DNA of 64,000 nucleotides. Source: Blepharisma stoltei ATCC 30299. Taxonomy: Eukaryota; Protista; Ciliophora. The stretch covers positions 574,612-638,611 of the forward strand of contig CBFDEM010000039.1 in assembly GCA_965603825.1 (NCBI GenBank), in the 5' to 3' direction. A program made the position numbers and the translations under genes. Below, piece by piece: positions 1 to 11,138 of this stretch; position 1 is the stretch's first letter, and each line of letters starts with the position of its first letter. Below the pieces are notes generated by a model, which was not told where the DNA came from, made no database searches, and saw only the letters and a list, made by a program, of their open reading frames with translations.

Positions 1-696
1 GAAACAAGAATAAAGGCTGCTTGAAGATATGGTGCTGGTCCATCTAAAGTATTAGTTCTATTGAGAAACAGAAATAATCAAGATAACACTTCGAATTTAT
101 GTGAATTATGTAAAGTCAAGGAAACAGATAAACATATTCTTAACGAATGCATAAAATATAAAAACGAAAGAATCAAATTTATACAAAGATTACAAGATAT
201 GATAGGCAGATATATTAACAATACAAGCATATACAATTGACTTATTTCAGATGTTACAGAATTAAAATTTTTAGAAGAATTAGGTGAAGAAAAATGAGAA
301 AAGATTGACTTTTTAACAAAGATCACACTAAGAAGTATTGATGATAAATTGCGAACTAGCAGAGAAAACAGCAAACACAAGCATTTCTTTGAAATCCAAA
401 ATATTGAAGATGACCTCAAAAAAGAAAACATATCTATTCATGATTTAAATTTTTGAAGACTCGTTAAAAGTATAAGGCGTTTGAAATAGTACGCCAATAA
501 TTAATTTAATCCTAATTTAATCCTTTTAATCAAATGCTTTTGGATCATTATTAATGCCTTCCTAATGCTACTAATTAACAATAAGACTATACCTGATTGA
601 AATTCTGAGCTATATCACTTATTTCATAATTAGAAACCTTAGCATAGCGCATAGGCCGCTGGGAAAATCAATCATGCATGCCATCACACGTCATAG
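1..696 (+). mobile_element. 3' end of a non-LTR (LINE-like) retrotransposon: C-terminal part of the RT ORF (1..489, UGA=Trp) plus presumed 3' UTR
   Basis: Frame +1 is open from base 1 to TAG at 487-489 when TGA=Trp. It encodes CELCKVKETDKHILNECIKY, the CxxC...H-x4-C zinc knuckle typical of non-LTR ORF2 C-termini (zf-RVT-like). The 3' boundary is inferred from where RBR homology begins (697). Confidence 0.72.
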
Positions 697-1708
697 ATAT
701 ATGTTGCCTCCTATATAACTTTTATCACAATCTGATTCTTTTTTTCCGCAAAAATAGCACCATAAAGTCTGACACACTGAGCATGTCATGTGGGTGCAGC
801 TATTATCTTTTCTACCTGCAAGTCCACACTGTGGACAGCACCTTTTTTCTCCTTTTTCAATAGCATTGTCAATTCTTTTCTTCAAAAGATGCAAATCAGC
901 ACAAGATTGGTAATAAAAGAACCCATCTTCAAGCATCTTTTCATATTCCTGTATAACTTCTTTCTCTTCTTCATAATTAGAGGCTCTTTTAGCAAATTCT
1001 TCATAGTCTGGTAGCTTGACATTTTATCACAAAAAATGCATGTAACATCTTCACAAGAGGGGTTTCTGCAATAAATCAAGGTAGTTGTGGATGATTTAAG
1101 CCATATTTCGAAATAATTGCACTTAGGGCACCATCTCATTGTTTCGTCGTCCTTCAGGTTAAGCATGAAATCGATCTGGCCACCCTTTAAAAACTATGCA
1201 CCTTGTGCTGATACAAAGAAATATAAATAAACTGTAGTACATTCGCTATTTAAATCTATTTTTTTAGCATGTTTAGCAATATATAAATACTCTATCTCAT
1301 TTAATATAGATCCAAATATTATATTTTATAGTGTGAATAAGCAATGATAACGGACAGCAATACTTGATTATGGATTTATTTAGTAAAATTATGCTACAAT
1401 TGTTTTATTTGCCTTGCTTTCTTTTAAGCAATTCGACTAAATTAATATTTAAACTGAAATATTAAAGTTAAATTCAAAATAAGTCTCTATTAAGATGACG
1501 CTCAAAAACTAAGACTGGAATTTCAAGATTGCATATAGAACATTTTGGTGAGAGCTTTGCTGGTATTCTTCAATATATTTTCAACAAATTTTTTGGAGCA
1601 ATCAGAGCAGAGGCTATGGTCTTGAGGACATTTTATGCCTATATGGTCCAATTCAAGAGAATGAAAGCAAGTATAGCATGAAACCTTTTTATCATCTTTC
1701 AGTAGCAT
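697..1708 (-). pseudogene. Disrupted RING-IBR-RING (RBR) E3 ubiquitin ligase paralog
   Basis: Collinear with 3293..4405 (SCYTC..CPQDHSLCSDC; WCPKCNYFEIW; CPQCGLAGRKDNSCTHMTC). It has 1-nt deletions near 1560-1572 and 1021, about 330 bp of AT-rich non-homologous DNA at ~1165-1492, and loses homology after GNIY at 697. Confidence 0.85.
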
Positions 1709-2049
1709 TTATAAAATTAATCATTATTCTATGAATATTTATTTTATATTCATAAAAACTGGGAGATGAGTAAAATAATTATTTGCCAATTTATTTTTTG
1801 TGGATAATTCTTATCAGATCAATTTTCTTTAAAAAAATGTAGAAATATAAAAATATATATGCTGATTCAGGTAGAATAAAGCTGATTTATAAGCTTAAAA
1901 GTCTTCAATAATAGCTGAAATCATAAGGGTAGAAAAGAAAATCCTAAACTTATTAAAAAGTATATCTTTGAAGCTAAAAGTTTATTAATCAAGATAAATA
2001 TGGCTTTGAAGATATTTTTTTCAATTCTTAAATTTATGCTCTTTTTCAG

Positions 2050-2806
2050 ATGAGAAGTGAAAAAGTGAAGACTCTAAATGCTGCCCAGGATGAAAAAATT
2101 TTGTATCTGGTGCAAAAAGGAATTTGCCAACGTTTGAGAGAAATTGCACATTGCAAAAACTCTGAAAGTGTACCTATCCAAATTTACAGAGAGGTGCCAT
2201 GAAAGATAAAAGAGTACGTATACATCGTTCATAGTAGCTCTGGAATTGATGAGACAGCCAGAAAACATAGTCAAGCGCCAGAAACTTCCATTAGGAATGC
2301 ACAAGTCACATTCGCAATTGCAAATAAAAGTGAAGAACTAAGAAGGGATGGATGAAAGTAGTCCAAGAGGAGAGGAACTAAAAGTTCCCGTAGGGCTGAA
2401 CATCGGAAATGGTGAAGCTAACTTTGCTAGATACGCGATCAGATTAACAATACCAGCAGGAATAACAGTGGAGGAGACTATTGAGGTAATGAGTTAAAGG
2501 TGCAAAGTAGAGGTGGTGATAGGCAACTTAATACAGTTAGGAGAGGAAGAAATTGGGCTTCGCTTTAGCCAAATTGCAGGTATAAAATATATGGCGATTT
2601 TGCAGAAGAAGAGCAAGCCTTAGAACTACAGACGAGATGAACATAAGAGGAAGAAGGATATGGCTGGCTCAGGCAACATTTCTTCATTTGAGATCTGCAA
2701 CCAGTTGGGGCATAATACTGGAGGGCATAAAAGGATAATAAAAAGAAAAGAAGAAAAAGCACAAGAGGTAAAGGAGAGAACAGGAAAGGAAGTCAGCCAT
2801 CTATAA
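2050..2806 (+). pseudogene. Degenerate purine-rich ORF, possibly a LINE ORF1/gag-like relic (RRM-like segment plus decayed CCHC knuckle)
   Basis: Broken frames give IYGDFAEEEQALELQTR..IRGRRIWLAQ (RRM-like) and FEICNQLGHNTGGH (decayed Cx2Cx4Hx4C). There are internal TAA/TAG stops and frameshifts. Confidence 0.3.
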
Positions 2807-3292
2807 TCTCAAATGTAGGATGCAGCAAGAAGACGATAAATTAAAAGGTGTTAGGTACCCAATAAATAATAATTATAATAGGAAATGGAAAGATGAAGGA
2901 GGAAAAAGTCCACAGAGGACTGCAATGGGGCGAGCCCCATTTAATTTAAGTATATTGTAATAGACAAATTCAATTTCACAAATTTATGTATAAAATATGT
3001 ATAAAATTATATTAGTTAGCTGGATAATTTAATCAGTAAACATAAAACTTTTATCTTTTTATGCTCGCCAACTAAGGTGAGGGTAAGTAAGAGCGATGTA
3101 ATAATATAGACAACTCATAAATATTTGCATTCAAGTTTCAACCTAAAAGTTTAAAATAATTCTACCAATTTATTTTTCATAAGTCTATAAAATCTCCATA
3201 AAATTTGACTATAATAATTGCCACAAGCTATAAATTTAATTTACTTTAAAACAATATAATCAATAAAATTAACGATCACAAGTATTAATTTC

Positions 3293-4405
3293 TTATAATT
3301 CATCAATTCCAGCTGCTAGTTCTTCAATTTCCTCGTCTTCAAAAGGATCTAAACTATCTTCATCGCTATGGCTTCTTCTTCCTTCAGAAAATTCATCAGC
3401 CCTTGCCATATCAATCAGTGGTTCTTCCTGCACAGATAAAATTTCTTGAATACCATACCCATTGTTTTTTATACTTGGAAAGTGCTCTGCAATTTTGTAA
3501 TAGTTATTTTCTCCGATTTCGTCGATAGCCTTCTTTAGAGATTTTAATGTTAAGAGCTGATGAAAACGATTTAAGCAATCTTCATCGTTTTCTGGCCATC
3601 TTTCATCAAGCTCATGAATTTGGTTAAAGTGCATTGGGCATCTTTTATTATTTCTAATTCAATCGATATTATGGGCATATATATCATTTCCTGTATAATC
3701 TTTATCACAGTCCGCTTCTTTTTTTCCACAAAAGTAGCACCAAACAGTCTGACAAACCGAGCAAGTCATATGTGTGCAGTACTCGTCTTTTCTCCCTGAA
3801 AGTCCACATTGTGGGCAGCGTCTAAACTCTCCTTCTTCAATAGCATTATCAATTTTTTTCTTCATTGGATACAATTCCACACAAATTTGATGATAAAAAA
3901 AGCCTTCTTCAAGCATTTTTTCGTATTCTTCTTCAATATCTTGTTCATCTTCATCACTATTGATTTCTCTATTAGTAAATTCTTCATAATCAGGGAGTTT
4001 TACACTTTTATTACAAAATATGCATACCACATCTTCACATGAAGGGTTTCTGCAATAAAATAGGGTAGCTGTTGATGTTGTGCATCATATTTCGAAATAA
4101 TTGCATTTCGGGCACCATTGCATGGCTTCACCTTCTTCCAATTTTGTAGAAGCTAAGTAAAATTGGTAGGTAGCAAGGGCAGCAGGAGATAGCTGACGCT
4201 CAAAATTCAAAGCTGGAATTTCTAATGTACACATAGGGCATTTTGGAGGGAGATTCGCTTGGTAATCTTCAAATATATTATCTACGAACTTTTTTGAGCA
4301 ATCAGAACAAAGATTGTGATATTGAGGGCATGTTATGCCTATATGATCTCTTTCAAGTATAGCTCCACAAGCATAGCAGGATGGCTTTTCGTTGCTATCT
4401 GACAT
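3293..4405 (-). CDS. RBR-type (RING1-IBR-RING2) E3 ubiquitin ligase, 370 aa
   Basis: Three listed ORFs (4085-4405, 3659-4030, 3293-3634) share one frame and are joined by TGA=Trp. RING2 RRCPQCGLSGRKDEYCTHMTCSVCQTVWCYFC retains the catalytic Cys. The TGA in YFEI-W aligns to TGG in the pseudogene copy. Confidence 0.9.
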
Positions 4406-4809
4406 TTATAAAATTACTCTTTATCTACGAATTTTATCTTGAATTAAATTTGAGAGACATTTGAGTAATTAAAATATTTCAAAAAATCATTAAAATTTTC
4501 ATATTTATCTAAATAAGCTGGAGGAAGAAAATATTTTAGCATTCTTAAGCCAATAATTTATTATACTGATAATTGCAAAGACAGCCTTTATTTTAAGAAT
4601 TCAAAATTTTATATATAATCTAATATAAAAAGATATCCAAATAATTAAAGATTATTAATTTAACTCTAATTTTTACAGTAAAAATCACATGGGCATCCTA
4701 AATTTAAAGATCTATAATAATCCTTATCTTGGAGATTTTATAATTAATATTAAATCGCTCTATCTAATTTATCATCTTAATTCTTATTACATCACACTGC
4801 ACATAAAAA

Positions 4810-6111
4810 ATGTTTTCAAGGATTCTGAAATTTCACTCATTTCTAAAGGCTCCTGTGCGAAATTACAATCTTCACGAGTACCAAAGTGTTGAAATTCTCA
4901 ACAAATTCAAAATCCCAACTCCTCTCTCCTTTGTGGCTCATTCTCCTGAAGAGGCTGTCACCAAGGCACTTAAAATTAATCAACCTGAAGTAGTGGTAAA
5001 AGCACAAGTTCTGGCTGGTGGCCGTGGCAAAGGGCATTTTATCCCAAACGAATTTAAAGGAGGTGTCCACATCTGCCCTGTCGGATCTGTACAAGAAATT
5101 GCATCAAAAATGATAGGTCAGTCTTTAGTGACAAAACAAACAGGAAGCAAGGGAAAGCCTTGCGATAAAGTCATGGTCGCAGAAAAAGTCTCTTTAAAGA
5201 GAGAGCTTTATTTAGCAATTTTACTAGATAGAAAATACGGTGGACCAGTTATTGTAATTTCATCAAAAGGTGGAATGGACATCGAAGAAGTGGCCAGAAA
5301 AGAACCTCAAGAGATACATAGTGTTCCTATAAATATCCACAAAGGAATCACCCCAGAAGTTGTTAACGAAGTTTCTCAGCTTTTAAATGTTCCGAAAAAT
5401 TCAATTGAAGAGGTCTTAAAAAATCTTTACACTTCATTTGTGAAATTAGATATGATTCAGCTGGAAATAAACCCGTTAGGTGTTACCCAAGATGATAAAA
5501 TTTTAATTTGTGACTCAAAATTGAATTTCGATGAAAATGCATCATTTCGACAAAATGAAATTTATTCGCAAAGAGATCTGACACAAGAAAACCAAGATGA
5601 GATTGACGCTCATAAATATGGGCTAAGCTATATAGCTATGGATGGAAATATAGGGTGTCTAGTCAATGGTGCAGGGTTAGCTATGGCTACTATGGATATA
5701 ATTAAGCTCGTAGGAGGAAGCCCAGCAAACTTCTTAGACGTAGGAGGAGGAGCCCAAGAAGACCAGATTGTAAACGCATTAAGAATTTTGGAGACAAATG
5801 ACCAAGTTGATGGGATCTTTATTAATATTTTTGGAGGAATCATGAGATGTGACATTATTGCCCAAGGGTTAGTATCAGCTGCCAGAAAAATCCACTTGAC
5901 AAAGCCAATTGTGGCTCGGCTCTGTGGAACTAACTGGAGAGAAGCCGGCGAAATCTTAAGAAGAAGCGACATGAGCGTTATCACTGAACAAGACGAAGAA
6001 GAAGCTGTCAAAAAAATCGTCAAAATCTCTGAGATCGCCCGAATTGCAAAAGATATCAAAGTCCACGTTACCTATTCCCCAGTAAAAGACTATTGTGACT
6101 GGAAATACTAG
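4810..6111 (+). CDS. sucC: Mitochondrial succinyl-CoA ligase beta subunit (ADP- versus GDP-forming not determined)
   Basis: NLHEYQS, KAQVLAGGRGKG, GNIGCLVNGAGLAMATMD, PANFLDVGGG and NIFGGIMRCD motifs; N-terminal transit peptide. Confidence 0.97.
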   Translation: MFSRILKFHSFLKAPVRNYNLHEYQSVEILNKFKIPTPLSFVAHSPEEAVTKALKINQPEVVVKAQVLAGGRGKGHFIPNEFKGGVHICPVGSVQEIASKMIGQSLVTKQTGSKGKPCDKVMVAEKVSLKRELYLAILLDRKYGGPVIVISSKGGMDIEEVARKEPQEIHSVPINIHKGITPEVVNEVSQLLNVPKNSIEEVLKNLYTSFVKLDMIQLEINPLGVTQDDKILICDSKLNFDENASFRQNEIYSQRDLTQENQDEIDAHKYGLSYIAMDGNIGCLVNGAGLAMATMDIIKLVGGSPANFLDVGGGAQEDQIVNALRILETNDQVDGIFINIFGGIMRCDIIAQGLVSAARKIHLTKPIVARLCGTNWREAGEILRRSDMSVITEQDEEEAVKKIVKISEIARIAKDIKVHVTYSPVKDYCDWKY

Positions 6112-6147
6112 CCTAGAATAAAGATAATTAGGATCTTATAAAAATAT

Positions 6148-7575
6148 ATGTCAGCTATAAATAGAAGCGAATCCCCTCTTACACTGTAAATTTTAAGCAG
6201 ATGGAGATGTCCCAATAAATACAAAAAATTAGACGAGTTGCATAAAGAAATACGCAGAGAAAAGCGTAGCATTATTTCTGTAGGAAATTCGATACCTCCC
6301 TTAATAAAATCATTTAAGAGATTAGGGGTTCCTCGAGATATTAGGAAAATTTTGAAAAAAATGCATATAAGGAAGCCAACTTCTTTGCAGATGCAAGCTC
6401 TGCCTGCTATTCTTATAGGGAGAGACACATTGATGATGTCGCTTACAAGATCAGGAAAAACTTTAGCATTTTGTTTGCCGCTGATTATGGGGTCGTTTGA
6501 AGAGGAACATAGGATGAATTTTATTGAAGGAGAAGGCCCGGTTGGGCTAATTGTGGTCCCATCTCGTGAGCTTGCTTATCAGATTTATAAATTCATATTA
6601 AAAATTATTGATGAAGCAAGAAATTATCCCAAAATCAGAGTGATTTTGTGCATTGGAGGCGTTGATATGAAACATCAAATGGAAATTCTGAGGCAAGGAG
6701 TCCATATAATTATTTCTACCCCTGGAAGGCTTTCAGATATGCTTGCAAAGCATAAAATATTTTTAGCCCACTGCAAAGCAATTGTCCTAGATGAAGCTGA
6801 CAGGCTGCTTGATTTAGGATTTGAAGATGACATCAGGATTATCTTAAGCCATGCTAGGCCGGCTTGCCAAATAATATTATCTTCAGCCACAATTCCAAAG
6901 AAAATTCAAGAATTTTCTCGGCAAGCTATGAAAGATCCAATTTTTATTAATTTATCAAGGCAATCATTATCCAAATTAAAATTAACACAAGAGGTTGAAT
7001 ATGCAGGCCATGATCAGAAATTATTGAAATTGTTAGAAACCATGCAAAAAACCAATCCACCTATATTGATTTTTTGTGAAAATAAAATAGATGCTGATAA
7101 AATAGAAAGATTTTTATATGAAAAAAGAATAGATGTGGCTTGCCTGCACGGAGGAAAAGAACAAAATGAAAGAACACAAGCAATTAAAGATTTTAATAGA
7201 GGAAAACTTGATGTGCTGGCAGCGACTGACGTCGCTGCAAAAGGGCTAAATTTTTATAATGTGAGACATATAATTAATTTTGATCTGCCTAAAGAAATTG
7301 ACAGTTATATCCAAAGGGTGTGCAGAGCAGGAAAAAGGGCAGTTATCACCACATATTTAAGCTATAATTTAGATAAACTGCTTTTATGTGACCTTAAACA
7401 TTTTTTAGAAGACTCCAGACAGAATATTCCAATAGAGTTAGAAGGGATTTTAGATGGAGAAGATGAGCAGGTGACAAGAGAAGGAAACTGTGCTTACTGT
7501 AAGCTCCCAGACCATAGGAGATCCTCATGTCCTACATTACAGCAAGAAAGGCTTAAATCATTGCTTCCTATTTAA
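6148..7575 (+). CDS. DDX41: DDX41/Abstrakt-like DEAD-box RNA helicase, join(6148..6185,6201..7575)
   Basis: EGEGPVGLIVVPSRELA, CIGGVDM, TPGRL, LDEADR, SAT, LHGGKEQ, ATDVAAKGL and a C-terminal CAYCKLPDHRRSSC knuckle. The start is recovered by removing a 15-nt intron. Confidence 0.88.
6186..6200 (+). other. 15-nt spliceosomal intron GTAAATTTTAAGCAG
   Basis: GT..AG with A at position 10. It carries the in-frame TAA, and removal fuses ATG 6148 to the helicase frame. Confidence 0.85.
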
Positions 7576-7909
7576 TTTGGTTGAAAAATTATAATTTTAT
7601 TATTTTTGTTATATTAAGGTTTTAAAGAAAACCAGAATATTTATATAGCTGAGGCTGATTTTGTTGATAATATATGTCTAGTGGGTTTTTATTCCTATCG
7701 GGCATTCCTCACTTTTATTTCAAATTTTAAATATTGGCTTTTTTGAAATGGTTGCCGCCCCATATAATAATCCTTTATTTTTATCACATTATTTTTTCAA
7801 TTGTGGGGTAAAGACCAGAGCTATTCGAGATTGAGTATCCTTATTCATAAAATTACTTAATTTAGGATATAAAATTATATTGCTTCTTAATGCTAAATTC
7901 TATTTTAGC

Positions 7910-9052
7910 TTAATAGATTGCAACAGCAATCAAGATTGATATTTCTAGTGCGAATGCTCCTGAATCTGAATTTCCATCGCTGTCATCATCATTATTTCCA
8001 TGCCCATCGTAAGCATTTTTTATTTCTAACCAATTTTCTGCCATAGTCTCCAGCACACAGTCTTCAGCTCCAATAATGGAATTAAGCATAGTTAACTGAG
8101 TCTGATAGTAAACAAAAGCATTATAATCTTTAGTACTCCAATAAGTTTTCACGCAATTGCTGTCTGTTCTTGAAAAAGTATTACATTTAAATATATCTTT
8201 GCTTTCTATCCATTTAGTCCAGATCTTATTATATTGAAGAGACGCTGGATCTCCAGGCAATGCTGAGCAATGAGCAGTTCCTTGACTGTTAAGTGAGCAT
8301 TGGCAATTTCCTCCTGTAATGTATGGAGGATTAAAGAAACTATCTGGATTTGATTCACAACTATCATCTTCCTCATCAGGATTGCATTCTGCACCTTGAC
8401 CTTTTACTGTAGAGAATAAATCTGTACAATAAAATACCCTATTATGAAAGTCTTCCCAGCAGATTGAATAAGGACACAGCATGCTTTTGCCGTTGTAGCA
8501 TTGGGCAACAGGATCATGGACTTTGAATGACTTATACAAATAGCAAGTGTTTTTAGTAGGGTCATTGTAAGATGTTTCATTACAAGCAGCATTGTTCACG
8601 CAGTCATAATCACTTGTGCAGCCACTTTCTCCAATTTTAATTTGTGGTACACAGATATTGTCTTTGCAATAAGTCCCAGGCTCGCATGTACCACTATTTT
8701 GGCATTCTCCGCCTTTTGCAGTTCCTATGCAAATTCCATCTTTGCAAGGTAAAGCGTAAGAGCAATCATCTGATGTCTTACAAAATTCTCCAGGATTGTT
8801 TGAGTAATGTTGCGGAGTTGGTAAAGAGCAGCTGTAGTTAAATTGATATGAAGATGTTTGATCAGGGACGCACTGGTACTTTGAGTCTGAGCATTTTCGT
8901 GAATAGTAGGTATCTGTTAAATTGTCATTATAAATGCAAGTTTCTGGCAGAAAAACTTGTTCTGAAGTCTTACAGGTATATTTGAAGCAACCCCAAGCAA
9001 AATGCATAAGTGTGAACAAAATGAGGAAAAAGCAGCTTAAAGACTTGGCCAT
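7910..9052 (-). CDS. Cys-rich surface glycoprotein, array copy 1 (signal peptide, acidic spacer, hydrophobic GPI-type tail)
   Basis: 380-aa intact ORF with N-terminal hydrophobic signal, CxSDYDCVNNAACN motif, and DDDSDG..AFALEISILIAVAIY tail. Confidence 0.88.
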   Translation of the reverse strand: MAKSLSCFFLILFTLMHFAWGCFKYTCKTSEQVFLPETCIYNDNLTDTYYSRKCSDSKYQCVPDQTSSYQFNYSCSLPTPQHYSNNPGEFCKTSDDCSYALPCKDGICIGTAKGGECQNSGTCEPGTYCKDNICVPQIKIGESGCTSDYDCVNNAACNETSYNDPTKNTCYLYKSFKVHDPVAQCYNGKSMLCPYSICWEDFHNRVFYCTDLFSTVKGQGAECNPDEEDDSCESNPDSFFNPPYITGGNCQCSLNSQGTAHCSALPGDPASLQYNKIWTKWIESKDIFKCNTFSRTDSNCVKTYWSTKDYNAFVYYQTQLTMLNSIIGAEDCVLETMAENWLEIKNAYDGHGNNDDDSDGNSDSGAFALEISILIAVAIY

Positions 9053-9058
9053 TTTATA

Positions 9059-9066
9059 TATTCACC
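9059..9066 (-). promoter_or_regulatory. G(G/T)(T/C)GAATA motif 6-9 nt upstream of ATG; representative of eight copies across the Cys-rich array
   Basis: Also at 11145-11152, 12786-12793, 14772-14779, 17154-17161, 19108-19115, 21651-21658 and 23622-23629. Confidence 0.5.
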
Positions 9067-9828
9067 AAATTATATTTATGTAATTATAGTTTAAGCAAAT
9101 TTTCAATTAATATTATTATAATAGTAGAAATATGAGCAAAATAAATTTTGTAAGGCTCTGTCTGTATAAAGAATAGCTTTAACGTCTCTTAAGCTAATAA
9201 AAGTATTGTCAGATATTTTATTTAATGCTATAAATAATATATCTACGATTAACTAAAACAATTTAAAAATTCAAAATCTACTAGTAGAAATAAGTTCTTA
9301 TATGTCTAAATGCATGCTAAAACAGATTAATGCTTTAGCCATTTTAGCTGTATATTTTGATATCAATATAATATTATGAGAATAAGCCAAAAATGTAAGA
9401 ATTGAAAATTTTTGAAAATATAATATATTTGTATTATTTTAAAGGGCTTTATAAAGAGTATAGATATAAGATTCATTGTAAAAGATCTAAAAATAGTATT
9501 ATGCAAATAATACACTATTAAATATGAAGCAGAAGCTATTTAAATTATAGCTCTTAGCTTAAAAAATTTGAAACAATTGGAAAAATATTGAGAATTAATG
9601 ACTTTTCAAAATAAATAAAATTGTATAAATGTGCTAATTTATGTTCGCATAAATTAAATATTATTGAAGAAACATGCTCACTTTTCTCATATTTATTTGA
9701 AAATGGATTTAAAATTCTTCATAATTCCTAAGGATTACTTTCAGACATTTAGGGTTTCAAGCATCCTGTGTCATAATATTATTTATTTTAGCATATGAAA
9801 TTATATTACTTTTTAAATCTAAATATTT

Positions 9829-11138
9829 TTAGCTTAAGAGATTGCAAACAGCAATCAAAATCGATATCTTTAAAGCAAATGCTCCTGAATCTGAATTTCC
9901 ACCACTGTCATCATCATTATTACCATGCCCATCAAAAGCATTTTTTGCTTCTAACCAATTTTTTGCTCGAGTCTCCAACACACAATCTTCAGCTCCAATA
10001 ATGGCATTGAACATATCTAACTGAAATTGATAGTAAACAAAAGCATTATAATCTTTAGCACTCCAATAAATTTTCACGCAATTTCTGTCTGTTCTTGCAA
10101 CAGTATTGCATTTTAAGATATCTTTGCTTTCTACCCACTTAGTCCGGGTCTTATTATACTGAACAGACGCTGGATCTCCAGGCAAATGCTGAGCAATGAG
10201 CAGTTCCTTGGCTATTAAATGAGCATTGGCAGTGGCCTTGTATAATATATGGAGGATCAAAGAAATTATCTGGATTTGAGCCGCAGCTTCCATCATCGTC
10301 ATCAGGATTGCATTCTGCACCTTGTCCTTTTACTGTAGAAAATAAATCTGTACAATAAAAGATTCTATTACCGAGGTCTTCCGAACAGACTAAATAAGGG
10401 CATAGCACACTCCTGCCACCGTAGCATTGGGCAACAGGGTCGTGGACTTTGAATGACCTATTCAAATAGCAAGTGTTTTTTGTAGGGTCATTGTAGGAAG
10501 TTTGATTGCAGGCAGCGTTGTTTACACAATCATAATCGTTTGTGCAGCAACATTTTTTATTCCTTGAGGAAATTTTATATTTACTAGGTCATTTCCTCAT
10601 TACTATATGGTCGAAACTCTTCTTTATCTTGGAGAATAGCAATTTGCTGATCAAATAACCAAAAAAATTCTGAGAAGCAGTCGCGACTAAAAGCGTGCTA
10701 CCTTTTGTGCAGCCACTCTCACCAATTTTGATTTGTGGAACGCAGATGTTGTTTTTGCAATAAGTTCCTGAACATTCCGCCAGCTGTGCACTCTCCGCCT
10801 TTAGGAGTTCCTACGCAAACTCCATCTTTACAAGGTAGAGAGTAAGAACAATCATCTGAAGTCTTACAAAATACTCCAGGATAGTTAGAGTAAGTTTGCG
10901 AAGTTGGTAAGGAACAACTGTAGTTAAGTTGATATGAAGATGCTTGATCTGGGAAACACTGATACTTTGAGTCTGAGCATTTTCGTGAATAGTAAGTATC
11001 AGTTAAATTGTCATTATAAATGCAAGTTTCTGGTAGAAACGCTTGTTCTGAAGTCTTACAGGTATATTTGAAGCAACCCCAAGCGAAATGTATAAGTGTG
11101 AACAAACTGAGGAAAAAGCAACTTAAGGACCTAGCCAT
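9829..11138 (-). pseudogene. Cys-rich surface protein array copy 2, frameshifted and carrying an insertion
   Basis: Close paralog of copy 1. Frameshifts near 10770, 10185 and 9847, plus a 155-bp insert. Some 1-nt indels lie in homopolymers and could be assembly errors. Confidence 0.75.
10549..10703. mobile_element. 155-bp insertion flanked by a 10-bp direct repeat (TTTGTGCAGC)
   Basis: The repeat lies at 10539-10548 and 10704-10713. Copy 1 has a single unoccupied site (cttgtgcagc, ~8613-8622). Confidence 0.75.

Noticed and set aside
78-431. Listed minus-strand 117-aa ORF and other short antisense or alternate-frame ORFs (e.g. 5628-6059, 6108-6428, 49599-50237, 60064-60522)
   Set aside because: They are shadows of better-supported genes on the opposite strand or in another frame.
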